Shown: positions 62,240-64,000 of the stretch, in pieces
Layout of the letters: each line of letters opens with the position of its first letter
How positions within the stretch are numbered: the stretch's first letter is position 1
Source of the DNA: an uncultured Actinomycetes bacterium
Lineage (GTDB): Bacteria > Actinomycetota > Thermoleophilia > Gaiellales > Gaiellaceae
Direction: 5' to 3'
Assembly (NCBI GenBank): GCA_963833255.1
Contig: CAWHXK010000060.1
Coordinates: forward strand, 33,223 to 97,222
DNA: 64,000 bases
Made by a program: the position numbers and the translations under genes
Notes under the pieces: generated by a model
The model's input: only the letters and a program-made list of their open reading frames with translations
What the model was told of the DNA's origin: nothing
Database searches by the model: none

Positions 62240-63708
62240 GTGGAGGACTCGCGTGCGACCCGCCTCGAGCGGCTGCGGTCTCGCGATCGACCTGCTCGTC
62301 GTCGGCGGGGGGTCCATCGTCGCCGGCGTCGCGGAGCTGGCACCGCCACGGCTTCGCCGTCGCGCTGGTCGAGCGGGACGACTTCGCATCTGGAACTTCC
62401 AGCGCATCGTCGAAGCTCATTCACGGCGGCCTCCGGTACCTGCGCATGGGCCACTTCGGGCTCGTACGGGAGGCGCTCGACGAGGTGCGCGCACTCAGCG
62501 AGGTCGTCGCTCCGCACCTCGTGCGGCCGCTCCGGTTCGTCCTTCCCGTCTATCGCGGCGGGCCGTATGGGCGGATTCCCATCCGCGGCGCCCTCTGGTC
62601 GTACGCAGGCCTGTCGGGTGCGATCGCGGAGCGCGGCCGGATGATTGCCCCGGCCGCGGCGGCCGAGCTCGTACCGCCGCTACGGCGTGACGGGCTGCGT
62701 GCCGCCGGTCTCTACGCAGACGCACAGACGGACGACGCGCGGCTCACGCTCGCGACCTGCGCGGCGCTGCGGACGCGGGCGCCGTCGTGGTGAATCGCGC
62801 AGAGCTCGTCGGGCTCGGCGACGGCCCCGTGGCCGAGGTGCAGGTCGACGGCGACCTCGTCGACGTCGCGGTGCGCGCAGTCGTCAACGCCACCGGTGCC
62901 TGGATTGACGAGGTGCGACGACTGGAGGATCCCACTGCCGCGACCTCCGTGACCCTCAGCAAGGGCTCGCATCTGGTGCTCGAGAGAAGCGACGACTGGG
63001 CGGCCGCGGTCACGATCCCGGTCGAGGCTGCACGGGTCGTCTTCGCGACCCGTGGGCGGGCGCGCTCCTGCTCGGTAGACCGACGCGCCGCTCGACAGCG
63101 ACCTCCGCGACCTGCTCCCGACCGAGGCCGAGGAGCAGCAGATCCTTGACGAGGTCGGCCGGTCGATCGACGTGACCGCCGACGCGATCCGTGCACGCTT
63201 TGCGGGCGTGCGAGTTCTTCCCGCCGGTGCTGCCGACACGCTCCGAGCACCGCGCGAGACGACGCTCAGTCGCGGACGCCTCGGAATGCTCTCAGTCGCA
63301 GGCGGGAAGCTGACGACATACCGTCGCATCGCCCTCGCCGTCCTCCATTCCCTGCACCCGGGCCTCGACCTCCACCGCATCGACCGCCGCCCGCGCCCAC
63401 TCCCTGGCGCTGCGGACCCGGAGGTGGCGGCGGACGCGCTGCAGAGACGCCGTCCAGATCTTGCGCCGCCGCTCGCGCGACGACTCGCGCAGACGTACGG
63501 GACGCTCGCGGAAGAGGCGGTCGACGCGGGGGCGCTCGATCCACTCGCGCAAGACGTCGTCGAGACCGAGGCGGAGGTGCTGTACGCGCGCGACCGGGAG
63601 TGGGCGATGACGATCGAGGACGTGCTTCGCCGACGCACGACGCTCGCACTGACCGGCCGTGACACACCGGCCGTTCGAGATCGGGTGGGGGCGCTGCTGC
63701 GGTCGTGA
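62240..63708 (+). pseudogene. glpD: FAD-dependent glycerol-3-phosphate dehydrogenase GlpD, at least 5 frame breaks
   Basis: DLLVVGGGSIVAGVA, DFASGTSSASSKLIHGGLRYL, VVNATGAWIDEV and SVAGGKLTTYR are spread over all three frames. Breaks lie near 62285, 62345, 62770, 63050 and 63080. Confidence 0.8.
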
Positions 63709-64000
63709 TCCTCGCGATCGACCAGGGCACGACGGGCACGACCTGTCTCGTGGTAGACGAGGAGCTGCGGATCCAAGGCCGTAGCTATCGCGGACTGCCG
63801 CAGCACTTCCCCCATCCCGGCTGGGTCGAGCACGATCCGGAGGAGATCTGGCAGAGCGCTCTCGGTGCCCTCGACGACGCCGTGCGCGCTGCGGGTGTGC
63901 GCACTGCGGATCTACGGGCGATCGGGATCGCCAACCAGCGGAGACGACGGTCCTCTGGGAGCGCGCAACGGGTCGGCCAGTCGCGCCGGCGATCGTCTGG
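63705..64000 (+). pseudogene. glpK: glycerol kinase GlpK, 5' part (runs off window), one frame break
   Basis: GTG 63705 overlaps the glpD stop (GTGA). AIDQGTTGTTCLVV...GWVEHDPEEIW...IGIANQR, then CAGCGGAGACG where CAGCGGGAGACG (QRETT) is expected, near 63942. Confidence 0.85.

Overview
This is a very G+C-rich, actinobacterial-type chromosomal segment. The markers are the FhaA-FhaB-PstP-RodA-PbpA-PknB operon, SufS/SufU and a DDN-type deazaflavin enzyme. Gene content from left to right: (1) The tail of a suf Fe-S operon: sufD, an inserted secreted metalloprotease, sufS, sufU and a Rieske ferredoxin. (2) tag, an O-methyltransferase, and an orphan leader-like structured RNA region with a strong terminator. 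(3) dcd, a DUF4015 hydrolase and gabT. (4) Three Ser/Thr kinases around the cell-wall/FHA/PP2C operon, which ends in ddl. (5) An HNH endonuclease, a rhodanese, a C39-like peptidase and several tiny membrane proteins. (6) A nitrogen block in which gltB converges on a tightly coupled glnA-PAT-glnK-amt operon. (7) A WYL regulator, a cupin, an ABC-2 exporter pair, rmlD plus a fused rmlA/rmlC, and hsp20-lon. (8) An M23 peptidase, a BNR protein, a split TauE, otsB and a sugar ABC operon. (9) A patchwork of about 9 kb made of gene remnants and accessory genes: a decarboxylase tail, IS110 and transposase fragments, an orphan secreted protein, a Tet(M)/Otr(A)-type ribosomal protection GTPase, an MsrPQ-like pair, histidine-kinase, FMN-reductase and cyclase fragments, and a tRNA-like T-arm. 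(10) glpD-glpK. I saw no rRNA, no complete tRNA and no CRISPR array. The dominant anomaly is roughly 35-40 reading-frame breaks plus two in-frame TAG codons, distributed very unevenly. Some loci carry 4-6 lesions each while neighbouring genes several kb long are clean. The junctions I could resolve are single-base length changes in short homopolymers, so sequencing or assembly error and genuine gene decay cannot be separated from the sequence alone. I found no clear-cut novel multi-gene system. The most interesting unexplained items are the orphan SD/mini-ORF/structured RNA/terminator at 4.9-5.2 kb, the terminator-containing glnA leader, the GS-inhibitor acetyltransferase wedged inside the glnA-glnK-amt operon, and the decayed island carrying the ribosomal protection gene.
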